Positions 10,472 through 19,254 of a stretch of 64,000 nt of DNA are shown piece by piece. The translations under genes and the position numbers were made by a program. The stretch's first letter is position 1, and each line of letters starts with the position of its first letter. This stretch comes from Bdellovibrionaceae bacterium UBA6776 (GTDB lineage: Bacteria > Bdellovibrionota > Bdellovibrionia > Bdellovibrionales > UBA1609): the NCBI GenBank assembly GCA_002453155.1, contig DKGG01000023.1, positions 13,785 through 77,784 of the forward strand, written 5' to 3'. The notes below the pieces were generated by a model. That model had not been told where the DNA came from. It worked only from the letters and a program-made list of their open reading frames with translations, and did no database searches.

Positions 10472-11109
10472 TGAAACACTCAATCAAAGTCGGAATTATT
10501 GCCGGTTTGTCTATTGGAGCTTTGGCTTTCGCAAAAACCAACGTGAAAGAGGCTTTGAGTCAGTTGAAAGAAAACGAAGTCAACGCCAAAGACAACTTGA
10601 AACAGTATGAAGTGAACCGTGAGATTTCAAAGAAGAATGCGGAAGAAGTGACTTCGGCGATCAAAGAACTTCGTGCGCAGAGAAAGGCCTTGGGAGAGAA
10701 CTCTCAAAACCTCGAGAAGAATCGAGCCATTTTGGATGCGATGAAGAAAAAAATCGTGGTTTTCAAGAAGCAAGAGCAGGATCTGTTAAAGACCGAAGAG
10801 GCGCAGAAGGCTCAGTTGCAGGCATTGATTGACAAGTTGGAATCCAATCGCTTGAAGCGAGAGCAGAACATTGCTGCTTATGACCAGAAGATCGTTGAGA
10901 TCGAGAATGAAAAGCAGAACTGGGACCGTCAGAAGTCCGAGATGGTTGCCATTCATGAAGAGATCAATGCGAAGGAGAAAGTGGCCTTGAAAGAGCGCGA
11001 GAAGTGGATCAATAAGTACAAGGGCTATGGTTCTGAGGCGAAGAAGTGGGACCGTCAGGCCGCCAGCGCAGAAGAAACTCGTGTTAAGTTCGAGCAACTG
11101 AACAAGTAG
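10471..11109 (+). CDS. Secreted coiled-coil protein
   Basis: 212 aa with a signal peptide (ALAFA). It has heptad-like E/K/Q-rich sequence and is the last gene of the coupled operon. Confidence 0.65.
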   Translation: MKHSIKVGIIAGLSIGALAFAKTNVKEALSQLKENEVNAKDNLKQYEVNREISKKNAEEVTSAIKELRAQRKALGENSQNLEKNRAILDAMKKKIVVFKKQEQDLLKTEEAQKAQLQALIDKLESNRLKREQNIAAYDQKIVEIENEKQNWDRQKSEMVAIHEEINAKEKVALKEREKWINKYKGYGSEAKKWDRQAASAEETRVKFEQLNK

Positions 11110-11127
11110 GATTTTTCTTTCTATTTT

Positions 11128-11480
11128 CAATTCTATCTTCTTCTCAGACGGGACACGTCCGTCCTTGGCCTCGCCAGCATTTGCCTTTCAGGCAAAGCGC
11201 ATCCTGCTTGCTGGAGGTCCCTTTCTGAAAAGAATTTAGAATTGAATATGGAAATTGAAGTTTTCGTCCTTCAGTGAATTCACCTGCATTTTTATTCACG
11301 CCTTCATTTCTATCTTCTTCTCAGACGGGACACGTCCTTCCTTAGCCTCACCAGCATTTGCCTTTCAGACAGAGCGCCTCCTGCTAATCTCTTTCTGTCA
11401 TGTGTGCATCCCATTCATCCAAATCGTATTTCCACGCGAACACGACACATCCTTCCATGGATTCACCCGCATTTTTACTT
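11128..11480 (+). repeat. Mosaic structured repeat block A - B' - A(partial) - B (left arm)
   Basis: Module A lies at 11128-11248, B' at 11250-11300, partial A at 11301-11390 and B at 11419-11480. The same block occurs reverse-complemented at 13035-13373. Confidence 0.9.
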
Positions 11481-11545
11481 CGGAAAAACCACTTCACGTT
11501 TGCGGGAGGTCTTGTTCTCGTGAAAATAAGATTTGCATGTATGGA

Positions 11546-11567
11546 AGCAGTTCTTAAGAACAGTTTG
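11546..11567. repeat. 22-bp inverted repeat, left copy (AGCAGTTCTTAAGAACAGTTTG)
   Basis: The reverse complement of 12851-12872 matches at 21 of 22 positions. The core CAGTTCTTAAGAACTG is itself palindromic. Confidence 0.9.
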
Positions 11568-11796
11568 CCAAGCCCATGCATTATTTTGAAAAAAAGTTGA
11601 CGTCTTTTTTGAAGCGCTAGGTTTTCGTGAGCGCTGTTCTCTCAGGTGAAGTCTTCTTTAAAATCATTATTCTTTCAAAAACAAAACGCAAGACCTCCGG
11701 GCGCCTTGAAACGCGCGCTGGCAGCGGATTCTGTGGCATATGAAAATTGTGACTTAAAATTCCATGTTATCTTCTTCTGCACAAAGAGGAGGATCT

Positions 11797-12810
11797 ATGA
11801 ACAATCCATTTTTTCGAAAGATTCATGATCGCGCGGTTGAAGTCGCCCAGAATTATCGAAAGCTCGAAGGGGAATTGATTGATCTTCTTCAAGAGCTGGA
11901 CCGCTACAAGATTCATTACAAAATGGGCTACCGCTCTCTTTTTGAATACTGCACGAAGGGTCTGCACCTTTCGGAATCTATTTCCTACAGTCTGATCAAC
12001 GTGGCTCGGAAATCCAAAGAGATCCCTGAACTTAAGATTGAAATTCAAAAAGGATCATTGAGTCTTTCGAAAGCAAAAAAAATCACCTCGGTTCTGACAA
12101 CCGAGAATAAATCCAAGTGGCTGGATCTTGCCAAGTCCGTTCCTCAATCCAGTCTCGAGAGGGAGGTGGCAAAGATTACTCAGCGAGATATTGGCATTTC
12201 CAAAATGAAATTTATAAATGATTCTTTGGAAGTTAAAGAAAAGATGGTGGTTCATAAAAAGGCCGACGTGCGAGTTCAGCTTCAGGTGGGAATTTCAGAA
12301 GATTTGATGTTGAAGCTGCGCCGGGCACAGGATGTGATTTGTCAGAAGCGCCAGAAGTCTACGGGCTTAGAGAGTGTGCTTGAAGAAATGGTCGCTTTTT
12401 ATCTGGAAAAACAGGATCCGTTGGAGTTGGCGAAGAAAAGCGCATTGAGGAAGACGTCGGAGCGCGAGGGAAAAAGAGCGAAGCCTACAAAGGAGCTAAA
12501 AAAGCCTCACCCTAAGCGGTCTTGTGAACGGGTGAGTGGGGATAGAAGTAAAATTTTAAAGGAAGGACGTTCGGGCGTAATCTCTTTGCGCCGGAAACGG
12601 ACGATTTCTGCGGTCCGAAAACATCAAATTTATTTTAAGTGGAAGGGCCAGTGCAGCTACACCGATGAGAGGGGAGAGAGGTGTTTGGAAACACGGTTCT
12701 TGGACATTCACCACATCCATCCCGTTTCAAAAGGCGGCACTGACGATCTGAAAAATTTGACTCTTCTGTGCAAAGGCCATCACCGCATGATTCATGTGAA
12801 GAATTCTTAG
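11797..12810 (+). CDS. HNH endonuclease with DUF222/13E12-like helical N-terminal region
   Basis: GGAGG RBS lies 5 nt before ATG 11797. The C-terminus has the HNH motif CLETRFLDIHHIHPVSKGGTDDLKNLTLLCKGHHRMIH. The N-terminus (ELDRYKIHYKMGYRSLFEYCTKGLHLSESISYSLINVARK) resembles the DUF222 pattern. Confidence 0.8.
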   Translation: MNNPFFRKIHDRAVEVAQNYRKLEGELIDLLQELDRYKIHYKMGYRSLFEYCTKGLHLSESISYSLINVARKSKEIPELKIEIQKGSLSLSKAKKITSVLTTENKSKWLDLAKSVPQSSLEREVAKITQRDIGISKMKFINDSLEVKEKMVVHKKADVRVQLQVGISEDLMLKLRRAQDVICQKRQKSTGLESVLEEMVAFYLEKQDPLELAKKSALRKTSEREGKRAKPTKELKKPHPKRSCERVSGDRSKILKEGRSGVISLRRKRTISAVRKHQIYFKWKGQCSYTDERGERCLETRFLDIHHIHPVSKGGTDDLKNLTLLCKGHHRMIHVKNS

Positions 12811-12850
12811 AGGTCCAATTTCAGAAATTGTTTTTGCCGCAGCCGCTCGA

Positions 12851-12872
12851 CAAACAGTTCTTAAGAACTGCT
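12851..12872. repeat. 22-bp inverted repeat, right copy (CAAACAGTTCTTAAGAACTGCT)
   Basis: Partner of 11546-11567. It lies 40 nt after the HNH stop codon. Confidence 0.9.
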
Positions 12873-12916
12873 GATAAGATTTTTTGATTCTAGGAGCTCA
12901 AGTATTTTAATTTCCA

Positions 12917-13446
12917 TATTCAATTCTACGTTCTTTTCAGAAAGGGACCTCCAGCAAGCAGGAGGCGCTTTGCCTGAAAGGCAAATGCTGGTGAGGCCAA
13001 GGAAGGACGTGTCCCGTCTGAGAAGAAGATAGAATTGATTGAGTGAATAACAAATGCGGGGGATTCCATGGAAGGATGTGTCGGGTTCACGTGGAAATAC
13101 GATTTGCATGAAGGCGGTGTGCGCAAGACTGAAAGGGCAAATGCTGGTGAGGCCAAGGAAGGACGTGTCCCGTCTGAGAAGAAGATAGAAATGAAGGCGT
13201 GAATAAAAATGCAGGTGAATTCACTGAAGGACGAAAACTTCAATTTCCTTATTCAATTCTAAATTCTTTTCAGAAAGGGACCTCCAGCAAGCAGGAGGCG
13301 CTTTGCCTGAAAGGCAAATGCTGGTGAGGCCAAGGAAGGACGCGTCCCGTCTGAGAAGAATGTAGAATTGAATGTGTGAATAACAAATGCAGGTGAATCC
13401 ATGGAAGGATGTGTCGGGTTCCCGTGGAAATACGATTTGAATGAAG
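12917..13446 (-). repeat. Mosaic structured repeat array (right arm): B-A-B'-A(partial)-B-A read on the minus strand
   Basis: Module A lies at 12917-13037, B at 13035-13112, partial A at 13113-13196, B' at 13197-13247, A at 13248-13373 and B at 13374-13446. B' is identical to the reverse complement of the left copy over about 80 nt. Confidence 0.9.
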
Positions 13447-13532
13447 AGAATCGATGCAAGCCTAAGAAAACTCAGCTGAAGATCAATATGCTAAGGACCA
13501 ATATTCTGAAGAACAAACAGCGAATCTGGCCT

Positions 13533-16500
13533 TTAAGAAGCCTGCTTCTGAGAATCTGAATTTTCGCCTTTGACCACTTTGTTCAAAGTCTCATTGATCA
13601 AATCTGAATCAAAAGGCTTAAAGAAGTAACCATCCACCATGTTGGAAAGCTCACTGTGCTGATCCTCAAAGTTGATGTTCACTCCACCGGTCATCAAAAT
13701 AAATTTCGGTAGGGTCGCACTTTTGGCGCGCAAATTTTTGATCAAGGAAGGACCATCCATCACGGGCATTTTCATGTCGGAAATAACCACATCAAAATCC
13801 TCAGGATGAGCCAGATATTTTTCCATGGCCTCCAGACCATTTTCGCAGCAGGTGACCGTAACGCCAGTCTCCTCCAAGATGCTTTGTACCAAGTCTCGGA
13901 TTCCCGGTTCATCATCCACCAGAAGGGCTCGAACTCCTGAAATGTCAATTCCAGGAACAACTTCATCCAATGGAGCGGCATCAGCTTTGACGGCAACCTT
14001 CTCCGCAGGAAAGACTATTTCAAACTTAGTTCCTTTTCCTGGTGTGGAGGTCACTTTGATCGTTCCGCCATGTTCTTGAATCACGTTGTGAACCAGGGAC
14101 AAACCAATTCCGGTCCCGTTGTTGACTTCTTTGGTGGTAAAGAAAGGGTCGAAAATGCGATCAATGATCTTTTCTGGAATCCCAGATCCATTGTCTTCAA
14201 AATCAATGCATACACGCCCATTGCAATGCTTTAACGAAATGCCAATACGAGCATCAGGACGTCCCTTTGTGGCATCTTTTGCGTTAGACAACAGGTTCAT
14301 TAAAACCTGCTGAACCCGTCCTCGATTTCCATAAACATTGAATCCACCACCTGTGGGGTCAACATGGTTGTATTCCACAAGAATGCCTTCACGCTCATAG
14401 ATTTCACGAACCATTCCAAAAGACTCGGAAACCGCTTCTTCCATATTAAAGACCGATTTCGCGTCGTCATCGGATCTTGAAAACGTTCTGAGGCCACGAA
14501 CAATTTTTGCAATGCGATCGGCCGCTATATCTATCTTTTCTAAAGACTTTTTTGCCTCTTCCACGTTGATGTTTTCGGGCATGTTGATATTTTTTTGCAA
14601 GAATCCCATGTACCCTTTGATGATGGCCAAAGGGTTGTTGATCTCGTGACCAATTCCTGCCGCCATTTCTCCGATAGAGGCCAGTTTGGAATTGTGAAAG
14701 GCCTGCTTCTCAAGTAGCTTTTTCTCTGTGATGTCCAGGGAAACACCACCCACGGCGACAACTTTTCCGTCTTTGTCAAAGTAGGGAAATTTAAAAGAGT
14801 GATAAAAATGTTCTCTGCCAGTATCGTCAAAGGCATTCTCTTCCGATTCAATGATCTTTCGGGCTTTTTCCACATCCAAATCATTTTTCCGAAATTGATC
14901 GGCCACTTCCCTTGGGAAAATTTCGTAATGAGATTTTCCAATGATTTCTTCGTCACTTTTCCCGATCAAACGTCGAAACCCATCATTCACTGTTAAGAAA
15001 TTTCCCTCAAGATCTTTGGCGTAAATAATTGCGGGCATGTTGTCCAAGGTGTTTTTCAAGAAAATCCTTTGAGTTTCCACAGTCTTTTGAAGTTCGATCA
15101 GAGAGGAGATTTCATGTCCACTGGCATAAAGAAGGCCACTGTACTGGTCGTAACTCAAGCCCCAAATAAAGTGTTTTTCTTCTCCATTTTTACAGATGAT
15201 GCGATTGCGGAAGCTGACGGTTCGTTTTGACTTTGTGAATTTCTCCAGTTCCAAAGACGTCAATTTTTGGTCGTCCGGGTGAACGAAATCGATAAAACGC
15301 TTCGAAAAAAGTTCTTCTTCCGTGTAACCCAAAACCTGAGAGAAAATCGGGTTAATTTTTTTCAAGAACCCATCTCGACCAGCGATGCAAAAAAGGTTGG
15401 TGGAGAGTTCAAAAAAACGTGAAAGTTCACGAGCGGTGTGTTCCAAATCCTCGCGAATTTTCATCTGTTCACTCACATCTTGAAAGGTTCCAACCAACCG
15501 AAGCAGATTTCCTTTTTTGTCGAGCAAGGGCTCGCCAATGGCGCGAACAATCTTTAGTTTTCCCTTGGCATCAAAAAATTCAAAGATGTCATCATAGCGT
15601 TGCTTTTTATTGATGCAGTCATCCAGGTACTTCGCAATTTTTTCTTGCTCGTGGGGGGCGTAAAATGAAATTCCCGAAATGCGATTTAGAGGTGTATTTG
15701 TTGGTACCCCATGGATTGAATAAACCTGCTCCGTGCAAGTGAGCTCGTTGGTTTCAATGTCCAGTTCCCAGGCTCCAATCATGGCCACTTCTTGAAGTTT
15801 TCGGGAGAGGAAAATTAATTTTTGGTTTTCAAGTTCCAGTTCCTTTTCCAGAGAAATGTCCTGGCAGGTTCCACTCAAGGAATAGATTTTTCCATCCTTC
15901 GTGAGGTTGGCTTTTCCAAAGGCTTTCACCCATACAATATGATTGTCGGGATGAATCACGCGAAATTCCAGGTGATAGGGTTTGCCGTTTTCAATGCATT
16001 TTCCAACCACGGTGGCCCACTGATCCAAGTCCTCAGGGTGAATTGTGGATTGGTGACGCTCAAGGCTTGGGGGTCCCTTTTTTTCATCCTCAGGAAAGAT
16101 CTTATACATCTGTTCGGACCAGGTAATTTTTTGAGAGCCCAAGTCAAAATGCCAACTTCCAATATTTGCAATTTCTTGAAAGGCTTTGTGGTTCTGCATT
16201 TTGTTCTCAAGTTCAAACTGGGTAACCACTTGCTTGGAAAGTTGTTTCAAAACTTGCTTTTGCATGGCGGACAATTTGCCCGGATTTTTGCCAACGACAC
16301 AAAGAGCTCCCAACTTGTGACCACTGGGTGTGATCAAGGGGGCTCCGGCATAAAATCGAATCTTCAATCCACCGACAACTTGAGGGTTGGTTGAAAAGCG
16401 CTCATCCAACAGAGCATCTTCAACGACAAAGACGTCGTCGTCCATAATGGCATAGGCGCAAAACCCTTCGTCACGTGGAATTTCAGTGCCTTCAATAGGA

Positions 16501-16691
16501 CCAAAGCGAGATTTGAACCAATTGCGGTGGGAATCCACAATGCTTACCAAAGAGATTTCGCACCCACACAGTTCGGCGGCAGCCGCAGTGATTTGGTCAA
16601 AATATTCTTCGGGCTCCGTATCCAGAACTTTGTATTTTCGCACTTCTTCCATGCGACTGGATTCGTTGTGGGGGATGGGTGCTCTTCTCAT
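13533..16691 (-). CDS. Hybrid sensor histidine kinase (GAF, multiple PAS, HisKA, HATPase_c, C-terminal receiver)
   Basis: 1052-aa ORF with an H-box ([10 protein letters not shown]), N/G boxes ([22 protein letters not shown]) and a receiver domain ([11 protein letters not shown]...ISDMKMP). Confidence 0.85.
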   Translation of the reverse strand: MRRAPIPHNESSRMEEVRKYKVLDTEPEEYFDQITAAAAELCGCEISLVSIVDSHRNWFKSRFGPIEGTEIPRDEGFCAYAIMDDDVFVVEDALLDERFSTNPQVVGGLKIRFYAGAPLITPSGHKLGALCVVGKNPGKLSAMQKQVLKQLSKQVVTQFELENKMQNHKAFQEIANIGSWHFDLGSQKITWSEQMYKIFPEDEKKGPPSLERHQSTIHPEDLDQWATVVGKCIENGKPYHLEFRVIHPDNHIVWVKAFGKANLTKDGKIYSLSGTCQDISLEKELELENQKLIFLSRKLQEVAMIGAWELDIETNELTCTEQVYSIHGVPTNTPLNRISGISFYAPHEQEKIAKYLDDCINKKQRYDDIFEFFDAKGKLKIVRAIGEPLLDKKGNLLRLVGTFQDVSEQMKIREDLEHTARELSRFFELSTNLFCIAGRDGFLKKINPIFSQVLGYTEEELFSKRFIDFVHPDDQKLTSLELEKFTKSKRTVSFRNRIICKNGEEKHFIWGLSYDQYSGLLYASGHEISSLIELQKTVETQRIFLKNTLDNMPAIIYAKDLEGNFLTVNDGFRRLIGKSDEEIIGKSHYEIFPREVADQFRKNDLDVEKARKIIESEENAFDDTGREHFYHSFKFPYFDKDGKVVAVGGVSLDITEKKLLEKQAFHNSKLASIGEMAAGIGHEINNPLAIIKGYMGFLQKNINMPENINVEEAKKSLEKIDIAADRIAKIVRGLRTFSRSDDDAKSVFNMEEAVSESFGMVREIYEREGILVEYNHVDPTGGGFNVYGNRGRVQQVLMNLLSNAKDATKGRPDARIGISLKHCNGRVCIDFEDNGSGIPEKIIDRIFDPFFTTKEVNNGTGIGLSLVHNVIQEHGGTIKVTSTPGKGTKFEIVFPAEKVAVKADAAPLDEVVPGIDISGVRALLVDDEPGIRDLVQSILEETGVTVTCCENGLEAMEKYLAHPEDFDVVISDMKMPVMDGPSLIKNLRAKSATLPKFILMTGGVNINFEDQHSELSNMVDGYFFKPFDSDLINETLNKVVKGENSDSQKQAS

Positions 16692-16863
16692 TCTTTCCTT
16701 TGGCCTTTTGAGTCCACGTGCGGGTTCACCAAATACTCATCGGCATCCCTTGGGGAGCATAAAGTCCAAACGAGAGAAAATATAATTTTTGTTTAGTTAA
16801 AGGAGCTCTAGGCCCCTTCAATCTTAAGAAAATAAGAATGATTTTGAGTCAATTTGACGACCG

Positions 16864-17307
16864 TCATCTGCCAATGCAAAAGACGCGGTAGATCCAGTAA
16901 TTTCCTGTGGGGCGAGAGACGGCAACCGGATTTCCTGCAGCGTCCTTTTCCACGGACAAAGTCTTTTCCATTTTGGTTTGTCCCAAACTGGCCCACCCAT
17001 TGGACAAAGGCACCGTGGTCGTTACGCCATTGGTATAGGAAGGAGCTTCAGTGATGCTGATTCTGACATCGTCAGAGCTGGTTTCCCAGGTCGCGCCCAT
17101 ATAGACCCCCTCTGGAAAGTCCCGTTCGAATTTGACCGAGTTTCCGTCGGTATAGGTCTGGTCCAGAGTCATCTCATTCTCGATCACTTTTCCTGTTTTC
17201 ATAAGTTTTCGGATGGTCCCTTTGCACTCCAAATGCTGAACCTCAGCCAAAGCCGGAGTAGCCATTAAAAATGTGAGAGTGGTAAGAAGAAAAGATCGAC
17301 GTTTCAT
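16864..17307 (-). CDS. Small secreted protein of unknown function
   Basis: The internal ATG at 17307 is preceded by AGGGGG and gives MKRRSFLLTTLTFLMATPALA. The longer ORF starting at 17388 lacks a signal peptide or RBS. Confidence 0.55.
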   Translation of the reverse strand: MKRRSFLLTTLTFLMATPALAEVQHLECKGTIRKLMKTGKVIENEMTLDQTYTDGNSVKFERDFPEGVYMGATWETSSDDVRISITEAPSYTNGVTTTVPLSNGWASLGQTKMEKTLSVEKDAAGNPVAVSRPTGNYWIYRVFCIGR

Positions 17308-17442
17308 AAAGCCCCCTGAAAGTAAATTTTCACAGCAAATCCCAAAGTGGATAAGCTGCCGACCTATAAAGCCACAAATCCAGCGCACAGACCACTCTCT
17401 TTAAGTTTCAAAGTGAGATTCACATTTTTTCACGGCCAAACT

Positions 17443-19254
17443 TTAAGACTCAGAAGGCGCCGGAAGCTCAGGGGTGTTTTTCAAAAAGCTTTCCTGTTGA
17501 GAGCGAAAGAATTCCGCATAGGCGCCATTGGCTTTCAAAAGCTCATAGTGAGTGCCCATCTCCACAATTTCGCCGTGGGAAAGCACTACGATTTTGTCAC
17601 ACTTCAAAATGGTGGAAAGGCGGTGAGCAATGATCAGACTGGTGCGTCCTTGAGTGAGGCGCTCCATGGCCTGTTGAATTTTGCTCTCGCTGATAGAGTC
17701 AATGTTTGCCGTGGCTTCATCCAAAATCAAAACGTCGGGATCAAAAGCCAAGGCTCGAGAAAAAGCCAACAGCTGTCGTTCGCCATGACTTAAATTTGCC
17801 CCACGCTCAAAAACAACGCCCTCAAATCCACCGTGCTTTTCAATCAGCTCCATGCACTGAGCATCTTTGGCTGCAGCTTCCATACGTTCAACGGTGATCT
17901 CGGGATCATTCAGTCCAATGTTGGTGTAGAAATTTCCGCTGAAAATAAAATTGTCCTGCTGAACCACGCCAATGCGTTTTCTCAATTCGGCAAGAGACAG
18001 GTCCCGCAGTTCCACTCCATCCAAATAAATTTGCCCCTGATTGTAGGGATAAAGTCTTTGCAGCAAAGAAATGGTGGTGGATTTTCCGCTCCCTGTTCTT
18101 CCCACCAAGGCGACAGACTCTCCGGGTTGGATTTCCAAATTGATGTTTTTCAAAATCAAAGGGCCAGATTCTTGATAGGAGAAATTTAAGTTTTTAAAAA
18201 CAATGTGTCCTTTTGCTTTTTGCAAAGTTTGAGATCCTGTTTCCGCTTCTTCGGCTTCATCCAAAAGTTGAAACACGCGATCCGCACTGGAAAGGGAGTT
18301 TTGCAAATGATTGTATTTTTCAAGGATGATACGCATGGGACGGAAAAAATTCTGAAGCAAAATAATAAAGGCCGTCAAAGTGCCCACCGTCATTCCCAAG
18401 CTGTCACGAAACCAGGCTCCAAAAAAGAGTGCCAACGATATGGTCAAAATGGAAAAACCCTCGATGCTCGGCCACAAAAGGGCAAAATAACGAATGGTTT
18501 TCACTTGAAGGGCTTTGTACTCTTCGGAAAGTTTTTGAAAACGTTCCCGAATGGTCTGCTCCCGTCCAAAAAGTTGAATCACTTTCATCCCGGTCAAATG
18601 CTCAGCGGAAAAGGCGTTGATGGATGAAAGTTTTCGTTTGGTAGCACCAAACTGAAAACGAATTTTCCGAGACAGAACTGTGCAGTAGATCAATAGCAGC
18701 GGAACAAAAGCACTGACCACGAAGGTCAATTTCCACGACAGAAACAGCATGGTGATATAGATGGTGGCCATTTCAAAAAGGCTCACCAAGATGCCGGCGA
18801 TCCCTTGGCTGAAGATTTCGCCCAAAGCCAGGACGTCATTGGTCACCCGAGTGACGGTGCGCCCCGATGGATTGGCATCAAAGTACTTCAATGGAAGTTT
18901 TTGTACGTGAAAAATCAATTTCTGCCGAATTTCATAGAGGGTGATGTTTCCCAATTTTTGAATTTGATAACTTTGGAAAAACGAAAGCACTGTACGGCCA
19001 ATTTCCACCGCAAAGTAAATTCCTGCCAAAACTGTCAGAAGCTCCAAACGTTTGTTGGTGATGACTTCATCCACCGCTTTTCCGAAAATAAGGGGAATGG
19101 AGCGCCCAATTCCCGAATACAAAACCACCAATCCCACAGAGGCAAGGACCATGGATTTGTGAGTCCAAAGAAAGGGCCACAGCTTTTTGAATACGACGAG
19201 AAACGAAAGTTCTTTCGCCCGGGTTTCTTCTTGAAGAGATCTGGAGGTGTTCAT
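17443..19254 (-). CDS. ABC exporter, fused permease/ATPase (MsbA/MdlB-type half transporter)
   Basis: Six-TM N-terminal half, Walker A GRTGSGKST, signature LSHGERQ and Walker B LILDEAT. Confidence 0.85.
   Translation of the reverse strand: MNTSRSLQEETRAKELSFLVVFKKLWPFLWTHKSMVLASVGLVVLYSGIGRSIPLIFGKAVDEVITNKRLELLTVLAGIYFAVEIGRTVLSFFQSYQIQKLGNITLYEIRQKLIFHVQKLPLKYFDANPSGRTVTRVTNDVLALGEIFSQGIAGILVSLFEMATIYITMLFLSWKLTFVVSAFVPLLLIYCTVLSRKIRFQFGATKRKLSSINAFSAEHLTGMKVIQLFGREQTIRERFQKLSEEYKALQVKTIRYFALLWPSIEGFSILTISLALFFGAWFRDSLGMTVGTLTAFIILLQNFFRPMRIILEKYNHLQNSLSSADRVFQLLDEAEEAETGSQTLQKAKGHIVFKNLNFSYQESGPLILKNINLEIQPGESVALVGRTGSGKSTTISLLQRLYPYNQGQIYLDGVELRDLSLAELRKRIGVVQQDNFIFSGNFYTNIGLNDPEITVERMEAAAKDAQCMELIEKHGGFEGVVFERGANLSHGERQLLAFSRALAFDPDVLILDEATANIDSISESKIQQAMERLTQGRTSLIIAHRLSTILKCDKIVVLSHGEIVEMGTHYELLKANGAYAEFFRSQQESFLKNTPELPAPSES

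Noticed and set aside
11180-11200. Anticodon-like stem-loop in module A (TTTGC-CTTTCAG-GCAAA), suggesting a tRNA-Glu(UUC)-derived element
   Set aside because: No D-arm, T-arm (GTTCRANYC) or acceptor stem can be drawn around it. The resemblance is limited to a single hairpin.
11597-11625. TTGACG -35-like hexamer in the HNH leader as a sigma70 promoter
   Set aside because: No acceptable -10 occurs at 16-18 nt spacing. The best is TAGGTT at 15 nt, so the evidence is insufficient.
11255-13459. Repeated small ORFs inside the mosaic repeats (11255-11557 +, 12926-13243 -, 13259-13459 -, 12861-13109 -) encoding recurring peptides such as FFSDGTRPSLASPAFAFQAKRLLLAGGPFLKR
   Set aside because: They are simply the same repeat modules read in one frame. 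They have non-ATG or RBS-less starts and low-complexity hydrophobic sequence, and they mirror each other because the DNA is inverted. The nucleotide-level hairpin structure explains the conservation better than coding does.
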